Origin: Alphaproteobacteria bacterium bin98
Lineage (GTDB): Bacteria > Pseudomonadota > Alphaproteobacteria > Bin98
Direction: 5' to 3'
Length of the DNA: 64,000 bases
Assembly (NCBI GenBank): GCA_002238905.1
Contig: MPNG01000001.1
Span: 12,599 to 76,598 of the forward strand
The notes beneath the pieces are model-generated. The model was not told where the DNA came from and did no database searches. It saw only the letters and a list, made by a program, of their open reading frames with translations. The position numbers and the translations under genes were made by a program. This document shows, one piece after another, positions 50,601 through 60,600 of the stretch; positions within the stretch are counted from its first letter, which is position 1; every line of letters starts with the position of its first letter.

Positions 50601-51109
50601 TGAGTATTGAAGGCGCTTATGGATTGTCAGACAAAGCGATGAGTTGTTCAATTATTGCCATTGTGAGCTCTATTACTGCTAGAAAAACGCAAGATGGGCG
50701 ATCATTCTCTATTCTTGAAATTGCGGATGAAAAAGCAACCATGAGCTTATTTCTTTTTAATAAAGAGCTGGAAAAAGTTTCTGCCTATAGCGCGGGCGAT
50801 ATTGTTGTGCTTCGCTGCTCAATTCGCAAATCGGATCGTGGAAGACGTTTTAATCTCGTGGACATACATGGAACAGAGGCGCTGTTGGCGGATATGAAAC
50901 GCCAAAATATTATCATTAATATTAATGCTTTTGTTAATATTCAAAAGTTGCTTGATATGATACAAGCCGCTCTTTTTGAAGGCGGCCCTCACACAATAAC
51001 AATTTGCTTGGAGGGTACGGTGGATTTGCCTCTTAAGCAAACATTTCTTTTCACAAATTATGTGTTGATGGAAATGGCAAAAATTGCTAATATTCAACGC
51101 AAAACGTAA
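47696..51109 (+). CDS. dnaE: DNA polymerase III subunit alpha (DnaE)
   Basis: The ORF is 47591..51109. The conserved start at 47696 gives MITPENNRPFFIHLRMSSSYSLAQSA (PHP domain). Polymerase motifs are PDFDVDFCQERREEVIHYV and LIKFDFLGLKTLSVL. It is about 1137 aa, typical for DnaE. Confidence 0.95.
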   Translation: MITPENNRPFFIHLRMSSSYSLAQSAISIQSAIHYAKDHNIPALAITDAQNLFGAFEFSLKCLEHGVQPILGATIEIFMSETEENAQLLLLAQSEEGFKNISSLVSQYHLTNTPCSWEDLRAKNTGVICLSGGIHGPIGRHILANDTDQALRVAKKTKNIFQDRFYLEIMRHHREEEVKTEEIFLKIAIDEHIPIVATNECFYTQKNMFDAHNVLLCLNAGAYIHSADRPHSNPYFYLRTPQEMAELFLDLPEALANTVHIAQRCHFYLTPMKPELPHFPKVGDETENAMIMRVAKQGLATHIKNHRVCEHIAQNIYEERIDYELEVITKMDFSGYFLIMSDIILWAKNQGIPVGPGRGSAAGSLVAWTMGITNVDSLAFDLPFERFLNPDRISMPDFDVDFCQERREEVIHYVRDLYGEDCVAQIITFGTLQARGVLRDVGRVYQLPYMQVDNLCKRIPNQPGQHVSLAEALKDDPILQDEFDNKPEIKKVFEIAMQLEGLHRHASTHAAGVIISSRPIADIIPIYKDANTDLQVTQYTMKYVEFASLIKFDFLGLKTLSVLAKTTELLSNDGYDFNLDSLDFNDEQTFSLLGTGITGGVFQMEGSGMQELLRQAKPDCFDDIIAIVALYRPGPMENIPSFLARKQGKEKVVYLHPLLEDILKESYGIPIYQEQVMRIAQKLAGYSMGEADLLRRAMGKKIPKEMAAQKKRFLDGSSRNNVSLEIAETLFEQIARFAGYAFNKCHATCYAFIAYQTAYMKSHHLPYFMAASLSFDINNAAKIWEHSKSLSVLGSDLLPPDINASDVWFSVQKSGDKKCVRFALSAIKNVGSHMAETIVEERKKKRFSYPSECFQRLLMAGVSKRTIEQLMKAGALDSIERNRALLEYIFSDTKEWMPDGKKIADDQPSFFAEDSVSIVEDNRPSLIHKGIVDKGLPQKAEDEKQTLGIYVQYHPLAPYKKIIKTMNLLSIEGAYGLSDKAMSCSIIAIVSSITARKTQDGRSFSILEIADEKATMSLFLFNKELEKVSAYSAGDIVVLRCSIRKSDRGRRFNLVDIHGTEALLADMKRQNIIININAFVNIQKLLDMIQAALFEGGPHTITICLEGTVDLPLKQTFLFTNYVLMEMAKIANIQRKT

Positions 51110-51182
51110 TTAAATCACTACAGTCAATCTATTATAATATTCTTATATTTTTAAAATTAAAAGAAAAAGCAATACTTTATTA

Positions 51183-51211
51183 TTGACGAGATGCTTGTAT
51201 AGCATTACAAT
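51183..51211 (+). promoter_or_regulatory. Sigma70-type promoter for the MFS transporter operon
   Basis: TTGACG (51183-51188), a 17-nt spacer and TACAAT (51206-51211), about 30 nt upstream of the ATG at 51241, with an AAGGA SD. Confidence 0.5.
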
Positions 51212-51240
51212 AGTTTGATTTACTGTTACAAGGAAAAATC

Positions 51241-52446
51241 ATGCATCATCGTCAATTTGTCATCTGGTCTGGATGGTTAGTAGTATCACTTTTTTATGCG
51301 TATCAATACATTTTACGCGTACTTCCTAACATTATTTTGCCATTTCTGACAGAGCGTTATGCCATGGACGGAGTGCTCTTTGGACAATTTTCAGGCTTAT
51401 ACTACACAGGTTATGCGCTTGCGCATGTTCCTTTAGGTATCCTATTGGATCGATTTGGTGTTAAAAAAGTTCTTCCCCTTAGTTTTGCATTAACATTTTT
51501 AGGTATTTTACCCATTATTTATGGAAGTACCTGGCATTATCCCGCCATTGGACGATTGATCACGGGCATTGGCTCATCAGCAGCTATATTGGGTGCATTT
51601 CAATATATACGTCTCGTTTTTTCTGAGGGACGATTTACGCGCGTTTTGAGCATGACTGTTACCGTTGGTTTGATGGGTGCCATTTATGGAGGACAGCCCA
51701 CACAATATCTTTGCGATACTTACGGCGTGTATACTGTTATACACTTTTTAGTTGTTGTTGGATGTTTACTTTCTCTGGCAGCATATATCATTATGCCTAC
51801 CTCTAAAAAAGAACATCAAAAAAAGATTGGTTTTAAAGAAATTTTCCAAATCCTGACAAACACACGTACCTTATTGCTCGCCATTGCTTCTGGCTTTATG
51901 GTAGGCGCATTAGAAGGGTTTCCAGACGCTTGGGGTGTGGCTTTTTTAACAAAAGTGCACAACGTTACCGCCAAAGATGCCGCACAATTAACATCCTTTA
52001 TCTTTTTCGGCATGTGTTTTGGCGGCCCTCTTTTAAGCTACATTGCTGACAGCACAAAGCGTTATGTAGAAACCATTATTGGGGCTGGATTGGTGATGAC
52101 AGCATTGTTCTTTATTATTTTATTTTGCTCAGTGCCCGTGAGCTTGCTTTACATATTCTTCGTCATTATTGGTATCTCTTGCGCTTACCAAATCCCTGCT
52201 ATTTATCAAGCATCAACATATGTTGAAAAACAATTCACTGGCCTTGCCACCGCTCTCGTCAATATGGTGATTATGGGGTTTGGACACTTGCTTCACTCAA
52301 CAATTGGTGCAACAGTGAACTCTTATGGAGGGATTGACTCTGTATCTGGTTTGCACGCCGGCGTCTTAACGGTACCGATCACTTGTGTAATGGGTGTTAT
52401 GCTGCTTTTGTTGTTTAGAAAGTCTCTAGAAAAAGGTGGCTCATGA
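51241..52446 (+). CDS. MFS-type transporter, paralog 1 of 3 in tandem
   Basis: 401 aa with 12 predicted TM segments. The conserved N-terminus is FYAYQYILRVLPNI...GQFSGLYYTGYALAHVPLGILLDRFGVKK (an MFS loop 2-3 like motif). The substrate is unknown. Confidence 0.85.
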   Translation: MHHRQFVIWSGWLVVSLFYAYQYILRVLPNIILPFLTERYAMDGVLFGQFSGLYYTGYALAHVPLGILLDRFGVKKVLPLSFALTFLGILPIIYGSTWHYPAIGRLITGIGSSAAILGAFQYIRLVFSEGRFTRVLSMTVTVGLMGAIYGGQPTQYLCDTYGVYTVIHFLVVVGCLLSLAAYIIMPTSKKEHQKKIGFKEIFQILTNTRTLLLAIASGFMVGALEGFPDAWGVAFLTKVHNVTAKDAAQLTSFIFFGMCFGGPLLSYIADSTKRYVETIIGAGLVMTALFFIILFCSVPVSLLYIFFVIIGISCAYQIPAIYQASTYVEKQFTGLATALVNMVIMGFGHLLHSTIGATVNSYGGIDSVSGLHAGVLTVPITCVMGVMLLLLFRKSLEKGGS

Positions 52447-53648
52447 GCAATAGATTAAAAGGATTACCTCTTTGGATCAGTTGGCTATTTGCCACCGCTT
52501 TTTATGCGTATCAATACATATTACGTGTACTTCCTAATATAATGTATGAACCTATTGTCAAAAAATTTTCGATTGATGCTCATATTTTTGGTCAATTTTC
52601 TGGCGTTTACTATACAGGGTACGCCTTGGCTCATATTCCTCTAGGTATTCTATTGGATCGATTTGGTGTCAGAAAAACACTCCCACCTATGATTATTATT
52701 TCTGTATGTGGGCTTCTTCCTATTCTGTATTCAGATTTATGGCTATATCCTGTCATTGGAAGATACCTCACAGGTATTGGTTCAGCAGCAGCCCCTCTTG
52801 CAGCTTTTTATATTATTAGAATTGGATTTTCTGAATCCCAAGGCCCACGTATGCTGAGCTGGTTTGTGACCTTTGGTTTACTAGGCGCCATTTATGGAGG
52901 CACTCCCACCACTTATTTTTGTCAAAAATTTGGATATGAATCTGTTCTGAAAAGCACCATTGTTTTTGGATTTTTTATGGCTTTTATTGGCTTTTTGTAC
53001 CTACCAAAAGAAGAGAGCAAAAAAAGAAAATATGCTGCGTTGCAAGGAATATGGAAAATTCTTAAAAACAAAAAAACCATTATTATTGCCTTATCTTCTG
53101 GCTTAATGGTTGGTTCATTAGAGGGATTTCCAGATGCATGGGGAGGCATTTTTCTTACGAAAGTCTACGGTCTTGATCTAAATCTAAGTGCGCACTTAAC
53201 TTCCTTAATTTTTCTAGGCATGTGTTTTGGCGGCCCATGTTTAGCTTTTATTGCCGAATATCTGAAAAAACCTATTATGACAGTCATTTTAGCAGGATGC
53301 GTTATGACAATAACATTTTGTTCAATTCTTTTATTCACCCTATCAACAATCTTGTTAAATGTTATGTTTGTGTGTGTTGGCATTTGTTGTGCCTATCAAA
53401 TGATAGCTATATACAAAGCAGCGTCTTATGTAGACCCTAACTCCGCCACCTTAGCGACAGCTATTGTTAATATGATTATTATGATTTTTGGTCATATCCT
53501 ACACACCAGCATTGGTGCGGTCGTAGCATATAACGGAGGCATGCAAAGTATCTGGGGCTTACAAATGGGCATAAGCGTTATACCTATGTTCTGCCTAATG
53601 GGTGTTGTAGTGTTAGCCTATAACTATAAAAGATTGAGGAAGGATTAA
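52443..53648 (+). CDS. MFS-type transporter, paralog 2 of 3
   Basis: 401 aa. Its start overlaps the upstream stop (ATGA) and has an AAGGTGG SD. It is about 50% identical to paralogs 1 and 3. Confidence 0.85.
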   Translation: MSNRLKGLPLWISWLFATAFYAYQYILRVLPNIMYEPIVKKFSIDAHIFGQFSGVYYTGYALAHIPLGILLDRFGVRKTLPPMIIISVCGLLPILYSDLWLYPVIGRYLTGIGSAAAPLAAFYIIRIGFSESQGPRMLSWFVTFGLLGAIYGGTPTTYFCQKFGYESVLKSTIVFGFFMAFIGFLYLPKEESKKRKYAALQGIWKILKNKKTIIIALSSGLMVGSLEGFPDAWGGIFLTKVYGLDLNLSAHLTSLIFLGMCFGGPCLAFIAEYLKKPIMTVILAGCVMTITFCSILLFTLSTILLNVMFVCVGICCAYQMIAIYKAASYVDPNSATLATAIVNMIIMIFGHILHTSIGAVVAYNGGMQSIWGLQMGISVIPMFCLMGVVVLAYNYKRLRKD

Positions 53649-53650
53649 AT

Positions 53651-54856
53651 ATGATGTCTGTAAGCTTAGCGATGTGGCGCAATTGGTCATTTATCACACT
53701 GTTTTATGCCTACCAATATATAGTGCGCGTATTACCCAATATTATCTACAAACCTATTGTAGAAACCTTTGGCATTAATGCTACTATTTTTGGACAATTT
53801 TCAGGCATTTATTATATAGGATACGCATTAGCACACATACCTGTAAGCCTATTGTTTGATCGATTTGGATTGAAAAAAGTTCTACCACTAACGCTTTTAT
53901 TAATGGTGGGAGGGCTTTTGCCTATTATTTATACAGAATCATGGATTTACCCTGTATTTGGAAGATTTTTAACCGGCATTGGCTCTGCCTCCGTAACGCT
54001 GGCGGCTTTTCACATTATTCGTGTAGGATTTCCCGTGGCAAAACATCCTATGATGCTAAGTTTAACAATAGCATTGGGATTGGTTGGGGCTGTTTATGGA
54101 GGAAGGCCTACAGCTTACCTTTGCGACCAACTTGGACATGTAGCCGTTATTCAGATTTTGGTTGCGGTAGGCAGTATTATTTCTGTAATTTCTTATATTT
54201 CACTTCCTAAGGAAAAAAATCGTTTAAAAGATGTGCAAATTTTGAAAGGCCTTAAGCATGTTTTTTGTAACAAAAACACCATGTGGATGTCTCTTACAGC
54301 GGGTTTAATGATTGGATCACTTGAAGGTTTTCCAGATGCTTGGGGCGTTATGTTTTTTACAAAAGTATACGGACTTCAGTTTGATTACTCCGCCCAATTA
54401 ACCTCTCTTATATTTTTAGGTTTAGGAGTTGGCGGCCCATTGGTTAGCTACGCAGCAGAAAAAACTGGAAAAGCCCTTTGGTTTATTATCATCGCAGGCA
54501 TTTGTATGGCTGTTCCCTTTTTATTCTTTTTGGGAATGCAGCTTTCTGACACAATGCTGATCGTTTCATTGATTACTATTGGAGTGGGATGCTCTTATCA
54601 AATGCTCTCTATTTACCATGCCTCTTACTTTGTGGAAAAAAAATATGCCACTATTTCTACAGCAGTGGTGAATATGATTTTGATGGGGTTTGGACATTTA
54701 CTACACAGCGCAATTGGATGCACCGTCAATATTTCAGGCGGATTGGATAATGTGCAAGCCTTGAAAAATGGCCTTTATGTTGTTCCATTAGCCAGCCTTT
54801 TGGGTGCTATTATTTTAATTATTCGCAGAAAATATTTTCAAAACCTCAAATCCTGA
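53651..54856 (+). CDS. MFS-type transporter, paralog 3 of 3
   Basis: 401 aa. It has a GAGGAAGGA SD and the same architecture. Its 3' end is duplicated at 57119..57379. Confidence 0.85.
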   Translation: MMSVSLAMWRNWSFITLFYAYQYIVRVLPNIIYKPIVETFGINATIFGQFSGIYYIGYALAHIPVSLLFDRFGLKKVLPLTLLLMVGGLLPIIYTESWIYPVFGRFLTGIGSASVTLAAFHIIRVGFPVAKHPMMLSLTIALGLVGAVYGGRPTAYLCDQLGHVAVIQILVAVGSIISVISYISLPKEKNRLKDVQILKGLKHVFCNKNTMWMSLTAGLMIGSLEGFPDAWGVMFFTKVYGLQFDYSAQLTSLIFLGLGVGGPLVSYAAEKTGKALWFIIIAGICMAVPFLFFLGMQLSDTMLIVSLITIGVGCSYQMLSIYHASYFVEKKYATISTAVVNMILMGFGHLLHSAIGCTVNISGGLDNVQALKNGLYVVPLASLLGAIILIIRRKYFQNLKS

Positions 54857-55070
54857 CGCATGACATTTTTGAACAAATTTTTTTCTGACAGAGCAGAAAA
54901 AGGTTAGCTATATATTTTTGACACTCTACTTTTCAATCAATTCCTGCTAAAAACATAAATGAGGTATTTTTCCATGCCTTTAAAAGGTGATATTTTTTAG
55001 ATAAAAATAAATATTTTTATTTAAACAATATTATTCTATTGATGTATAATTTTTTCATCAAAAGGTATTA

Positions 55071-55208
55071 TATGTCGCTACTGTTGTTCTTATTTTTTAT
55101 TGCTTTAGATTCCCAAGGATATCACAAGATTACAGATTTTATGGAGACTACTCTTGAGCACACTAAAGCCAAATGCGCCCCTACTCATAGAGTGATCCTG
55201 TCTAGATA
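55071..55208 (+). pseudogene. Short remnant homologous to the 5' end of 57609..61223
   Basis: It encodes MSLLLFLFFIALDSQGYHKITDF..., then a stop after 45 codons. Compare MPVVLFLFFISLESQGACKPC at 57609. Confidence 0.4.
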
Positions 55209-55528
55209 AGGCATTTCAAAATATAAGATTCTATTTCAAAAAGAGAATAACTTCAGCTTTCTTATATAATATAGATATAGATAAATGGACAATCAGGCAA
55301 TCTTAAACAACTCAATATATCTGCCCCCGACTTCCATGATCTCGCAACATCTCCTATCTAGCTTTTTTGTAAAAATCAGCTAGTATCAATAAGAAACATA
55401 AACTAGAAATTTCAATACTCTCAAGTATAATAAAAACTTTATTGAAAAAAAATTCTCTATAGTTTCATAGATTATATTACTTCTTTACATATAAAAAGCA
55501 TATAATATACAAAATAGACATTACTTTT

Positions 55529-56095
55529 ATGATATTAATATTATTATTTTCAATCGCTTTAAATATTTATGGATCTGCTCGTACCATATACTACTCTCTA
55601 ACAAACTTAACAAATTCTGGGTTATCCAAACAAGTGATGTAAGACAGTTTGTCGGTTAAAGAAGTTGAGATACCGCGTAAACTATTTGTAGAATCTTGGC
55701 AAGAAGCAAAAGAATTTTCTGAATGTGTTGTGGTATATGAAAACATAAAACTAGCTCATACACAAACGTGTAAAAATCTAGATGCAATGCGTGAACTCAA
55801 TGAAAAAAATCCGAGACCAGAGACTCAAAGCGAGTTCATGCTATATTGCGACGTAGTGGAATCACTTCCAGAAACAACACGCCAACTAGAAGAAGCAGTA
55901 GTAGAGTTAGCAAAATCATCTAAAATCGCGAAAAGACAAAAGGAAGAAAAGAAGAAAAAAATACAATCTCAACATGCGGCATTAGACACAAATGAAGGAG
56001 TTTTGAAACTACTTGAAGATAGGGGAACGGTTGAAAAGCTTTGGCAATCATTGGAGGGACGTGCTAAAGTAGCGCAAAAGAAAACAATATACTAA
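55529..56095 (+). pseudogene. Family-like gene interrupted by a single in-frame TAA after the leader
   Basis: ATG at 55529 encodes MILILLFSIALNIYGSARTIYYSLTNLTNSGLSKQVM, then TAA at 55640-55642. This is in frame with ORF 55649..56095, which has no Met or leader of its own (the ORF track starts it at TTG). Confidence 0.5.
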
Positions 56096-56868
56096 ATAGG
56101 ATGTGGGAAAAAGTATTCATAATGCTCTAAATACATTAAGCACCAGCGCGCATATTCTTGATCACTGCGGAGTCTTCTTTCATTACAGTAAAATTGAAAA
56201 GAATTTAAGAGGGCATAAAACATACTGTATATTATGCGGCGAGCCTTCTCACAGGGACCTCCTGGCCCACTATCCTGACAATTCTCCATAGCTACATCCT
56301 GTTTATAAGAGATTGATTCCATTCTAGAAAAAGCGTCGAAGAATTTTGATGGTGTAAGGTTAAATGGATGATTTGCCGTAAGCGATACGTCTTTTGTCAC
56401 ACCAGGTTCTAACGGGCTTTCACACTTTAATTGAATGGACGTCACTGGATTGGGTATAAGCGATACGTCTTTTGTCACACAAGGTTCTGACGTGCTTGTA
56501 AATTTTAATTGAGTGGGCGTCACTGGATTTGTAAGCAGCCCGTCTTCTATCTCACAAAATTCCACCGCGTATGCAAGATTTTTGTGTACAAATTTCATCC
56601 ATGTCCTGGCTGCCATATAATTAGCTGGACTATATTTCAGCATGCAATCCAAATCTACATTCCTAAAATTTTTAAATGTTATTCTGCGTGAGTCAAATTC
56701 TGCTTGATTTTTTGCCCATAAAGCACTATGGTAGTTCATCACCCTCCCTTGCATAGCACTCACGGAGTGAGCCATGTTTAAAAGAACTTTTTTCAGATAC
56801 CCATCATCTTCTTGAGATGTAGCGCCATAGACATATAAAGCACTTAAAAAAAATAGTAGAAATAACAT
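56092..56868 (-). CDS. Secreted paralog-family protein with an in-frame tandem repeat of about 80 bp
   Basis: The ORF is 56092..56886. The start at 56868 gives leader MLFLLFFLSALYVYGA. The repeat LLTNPVTPTQLKFTSTSEPCVTKDVSL / IPNPVTSIQLKCESPLEPGVTKDVSL lies at DNA 56378-56538. The C-terminus is ALLNSFQFYCNERR. Confidence 0.65.
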   Translation of the reverse strand: MLFLLFFLSALYVYGATSQEDDGYLKKVLLNMAHSVSAMQGRVMNYHSALWAKNQAEFDSRRITFKNFRNVDLDCMLKYSPANYMAARTWMKFVHKNLAYAVEFCEIEDGLLTNPVTPTQLKFTSTSEPCVTKDVSLIPNPVTSIQLKCESPLEPGVTKDVSLTANHPFNLTPSKFFDAFSRMESISYKQDVAMENCQDSGPGGPCEKARRIIYSMFYALLNSFQFYCNERRLRSDQEYARWCLMYLEHYEYFFPHPI

Positions 56869-57118
56869 AAAAATATCCGACGTCATTATATCTCACGTTA
56901 TTCAATAATTCAATACATATCTGCTTGATTCAAATAAGGAATTGTCAAAACCCCAAATCCCTACGGAATACATTTTTAGACAAGCTTTTTTGTCTGAAAA
57001 AAACTGTATATAGGCTAAAATTTTTCTTTTTTAGCTAATGCCATTCCTCTTGAGCATTGCTTCAGAACAATCTTTAGATACTCTTAAAGCTACACTAGTA
57101 ATCAGAGCCTATCCATAA

Positions 57119-57545
57119 ATGTGTATACAAATTAAAATAATACTAGCACCATTAAATGGAAAAAAATATGCCACTATTTCTACAGCAGTGGTGAATATGA
57201 TTTTGATGAGGTTTGGACATTTACTACACAGCGCAATTGGATGCACCGTCAATATTTCAGGCGGATTGGATAATGTGCAAGCCTTGAAAAATGGCCTTTA
57301 TGTTGTTCCATTAGCCAACCTTTTGGGTGCTATTATTTTAATTATTCGCAGAAAATATTTTCAAAACATCAAATCCTGACGCATGACATTTTTGAACAAA
57401 TTTTTTTCTGACAGAGCAGAAAAAGGTTAGCCATATATTTTTGACACTCTACTTTTCAATCAATTCCTGCCTAAAAACATAAATGAGGCATTTTTCCATG
57501 CCTTTAAAAGGTGATATTTTTTAGATAAAAAATATTACTATGTTG
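57119..57545 (+). pseudogene. Duplicated 3' fragment of MFS paralog 3 plus its downstream spacer (a copy of 54600..55010)
   Basis: ORF 57119..57379 encodes KKYATISTAVVNMILM(R/G)FGHLLHSAIGCTVNISGGLDNVQALKNGLYVVPLA..IRRKYFQN, nearly identical to the end of 53651..54856. The following roughly 165 bp is also near-identical. Confidence 0.7.
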
Positions 57546-57608
57546 TTTTCTTTTTTTGTTTTTCTTTTTACTATATACGATGTATAATTGAACCATTAGA
57601 GGTTTTTT

Positions 57609-60600
57609 ATGCCAGTAGTGTTGTTCTTATTTTTCATTTCTTTAGAGTCTCAAGGAGCTTGCAAGCCTTGTATGCCAATTAATGAATATCCTAGTGTCAG
57701 CTTATCCCCTACAGTCAGTCTACAGATCTGTGTTTCAAAAACATCCAAATTGGATCCAATGTATAAATATCCTGGACTCCGTCAACAAACCATATTGCAT
57801 GAAATGCAATGTGGTTTGTGGAATCCAATGTATCAATATCCTGGACTCCGTCAACAAACCACATTGCATACAGTGCAGGAAGAGACGGGTCTCCACCTTC
57901 CTCCAGTCCGTCAACAACTATTGTTTTCAAAATGCATGAAAAAATCTTTGCAATATTTGGATTTGGCATATTTAGATGTAGCAGATCAACGAAGGGTAAA
58001 AGCCAAGCAAATAGAAGGAGTATTATTTTGTGCAAAAAGATCCAAATGTCAAACTAAATTCATAAAAAAATCTGTGGAATATTTGGATGTAGTAGAGCAA
58101 CAAGGAGAGCAACGAAGGACAAAAAACCATGAACAAGCTAAAGAAACTGAAACAACACTAGTGTCTCAAACAGAAGCTGATCAACTAGCTGATGTAGAAG
58201 ATGCATGCGATATTGTACTAATGTTTGAAGAAGTTGCGCAAGCTGCTAAACTAGGTGCAGAAGATTCTGCAAGAGAGTCTGAAGCATATGCTCAATACAG
58301 TAAAAGAGCTGCTGAAGCTAAGAAATTAGCTGCTCTACATCCTCGCCAAGTTTGGTTAGAGATTCAAAGGTCTAGGAAACAATATGCTCAAGTAGTTGAG
58401 GCTCGTATTAATCAGGATACTAAAATCAGTGAAATGTTTGCTAAAGTAGTTGCGGGTCGAACTGATCAAGAGACTAGCCTTGCTGAAAAACTTGCTCTAC
58501 AAGATGCGAAAGAAGTTGAGATCGAGAGTAGAGAGACTTACGTAAATGCTCAGAATGCGGCCTTAAAAAGCTATGCCGATGCTGAACAAGCTTTAGAAAA
58601 AGGAAGACTAGCACATCAAGCATTTACGGAAGCGCAAACGCTTGCTAAAGAAGCTGCACAACAGCTAAACGATGCACAACAGGTAAACGATATTAAACAA
58701 GATGCTGAACAAGCTTCAGAAAAAAGAAAACTAGCATATCAAGCATTTACGGAAGCGCAAAATCTTGCTAAAGGAGCTGCAGAACAGGTAAAGAATAAAA
58801 AACAAGATGTTGCATGCGCAGACGAAAAGCGAAAACTAGCGGATGACGAATTTCAACGAACTCAACTTCTTCTTGAACAAGCTAATGAACAAGTACGCAT
58901 TTTGAAACAAGATGCTGAATGCGCAGATCAAAAGAGAAAACGAGCGTATCACGCACTTCAACAAGTTCAATTTCTTCTTAAAAAAACTACTAAAAAAGTA
59001 CGCCTTGAAGCATCTGCTCAACAATATCAACTAGCGCTTGCAGAATTTACGGAAGCTCAAACTCTTGCTACACACACTGAACAAGAGGTGAACAATATTA
59101 AACAAGATGCTGCATGCGCAGATAAAAAGAAAAAACTAACGGATTACGAATTGCAACACACTCAATTTCTTCTTGAACACGCTAGTGAACTAGTACGCAT
59201 TTTTAAACAAGACGCTGAACGCGCAGATCAAAAGAGAATACTAGCGTATCAGGAACTTCAACCAATGCCATGGCTTCTTACAAAAGCTACTGAACGATTA
59301 CGCCTTGAAGCATCTCGTCGACAAGATGAGGAACAACGAGCGCATCAAGAATTTATAAAACGTCATGAGCTTGCTATAGAAGCTGCACAAAAGCTGAACG
59401 ATATTAAACAAGATGCTGCATGCGCAGATAAAAAGAAAAGACTAGCGTATCACGAATTTCAACACGCTAAATGTCTTCTTGAACACGCTAGTGAACTAGT
59501 ACGCATTTTTAAACAAGACGCTGAACGCGCAGATCAAAAGAGAATACTAGCGGATGACAAGTTTCAACAAACTCAATTTCTTCTTGAAAAAGTTAGTGCG
59601 CAAGCACGCCTTGAAGCATCTGAGCAACAATATCAACTAGCGCATGAAAAATTTACGCAAGCTCAAGCGCTTGCTACAAAAGCTGCACAAAATGATATTA
59701 AAGATGCTGCAAGAGAAGCTCAAAAGAGAATACTAGAGTATAATGAATTTCAACAAGCTAAATTGCTTCTTGCAAAAGCTACTGAACGAGTACGCATTTT
59801 GAAACAAGATGCTGCACGAGAAGATCAAAAAAGAATACTAGCGTATCACAAATTTCAACAAGATAAATTGCTTCTTGCAAAAGCTACTGAACCACTACGC
59901 CTTGAAGCATCTCGTCGACAAGATGATGAACAACGAGCACATCAAGAATTTATGAAACGTAATAAGCTTGCTATGGCAGCTACTGAAAGACTTTACCAAA
60001 ATAACAAACTAACTCAGGAAACGCTAAAAAAATTGATGCAAGATGAGCAACTAACGGAAAAATATTCTAAACGAGTTGCGGTACGAGATGCTGAAGCTAA
60101 GAAAGTAACTGAACTAGATGCTAAACAACTTTCGGAGCTAGATGCTATACAGTTGGCTCAAGAGCGTCATTTGCAAAAGAAGAAATTAGTTTTGCAAGAG
60201 CGTGCACGAGATGCCGTACGAGCAATGCAATCTAAGAAACTAGCTGAAGCATGCATGAAACGAGCTGTAGAACGATCTTATGAGCTATCTTCTAAACCAG
60301 ATACGCAACGATCTGCTAAACGGATTACAGAAGATCACAAAAAACTAGAAAAATCTGCCGCACTATCTGCGCAACGATCTGCTACACGAATTGCAGAAGA
60401 TCTAAAAAAATCTGCTCAACAAGATGTATGCCCTCATACAAGTGCGGTGATTCCTTTATTGCAAGCCATCACCGGAAAAAGAAAATCTTCTGCATCTTCA
60501 GATTCACCCTCTCATACAAGTCCGATCATTGTCCGCGCTTTATCCAACAGTATTCACCAGCAACAACAATTTCAGAAAGCTGAGCGGGTACGAGCTGCGA

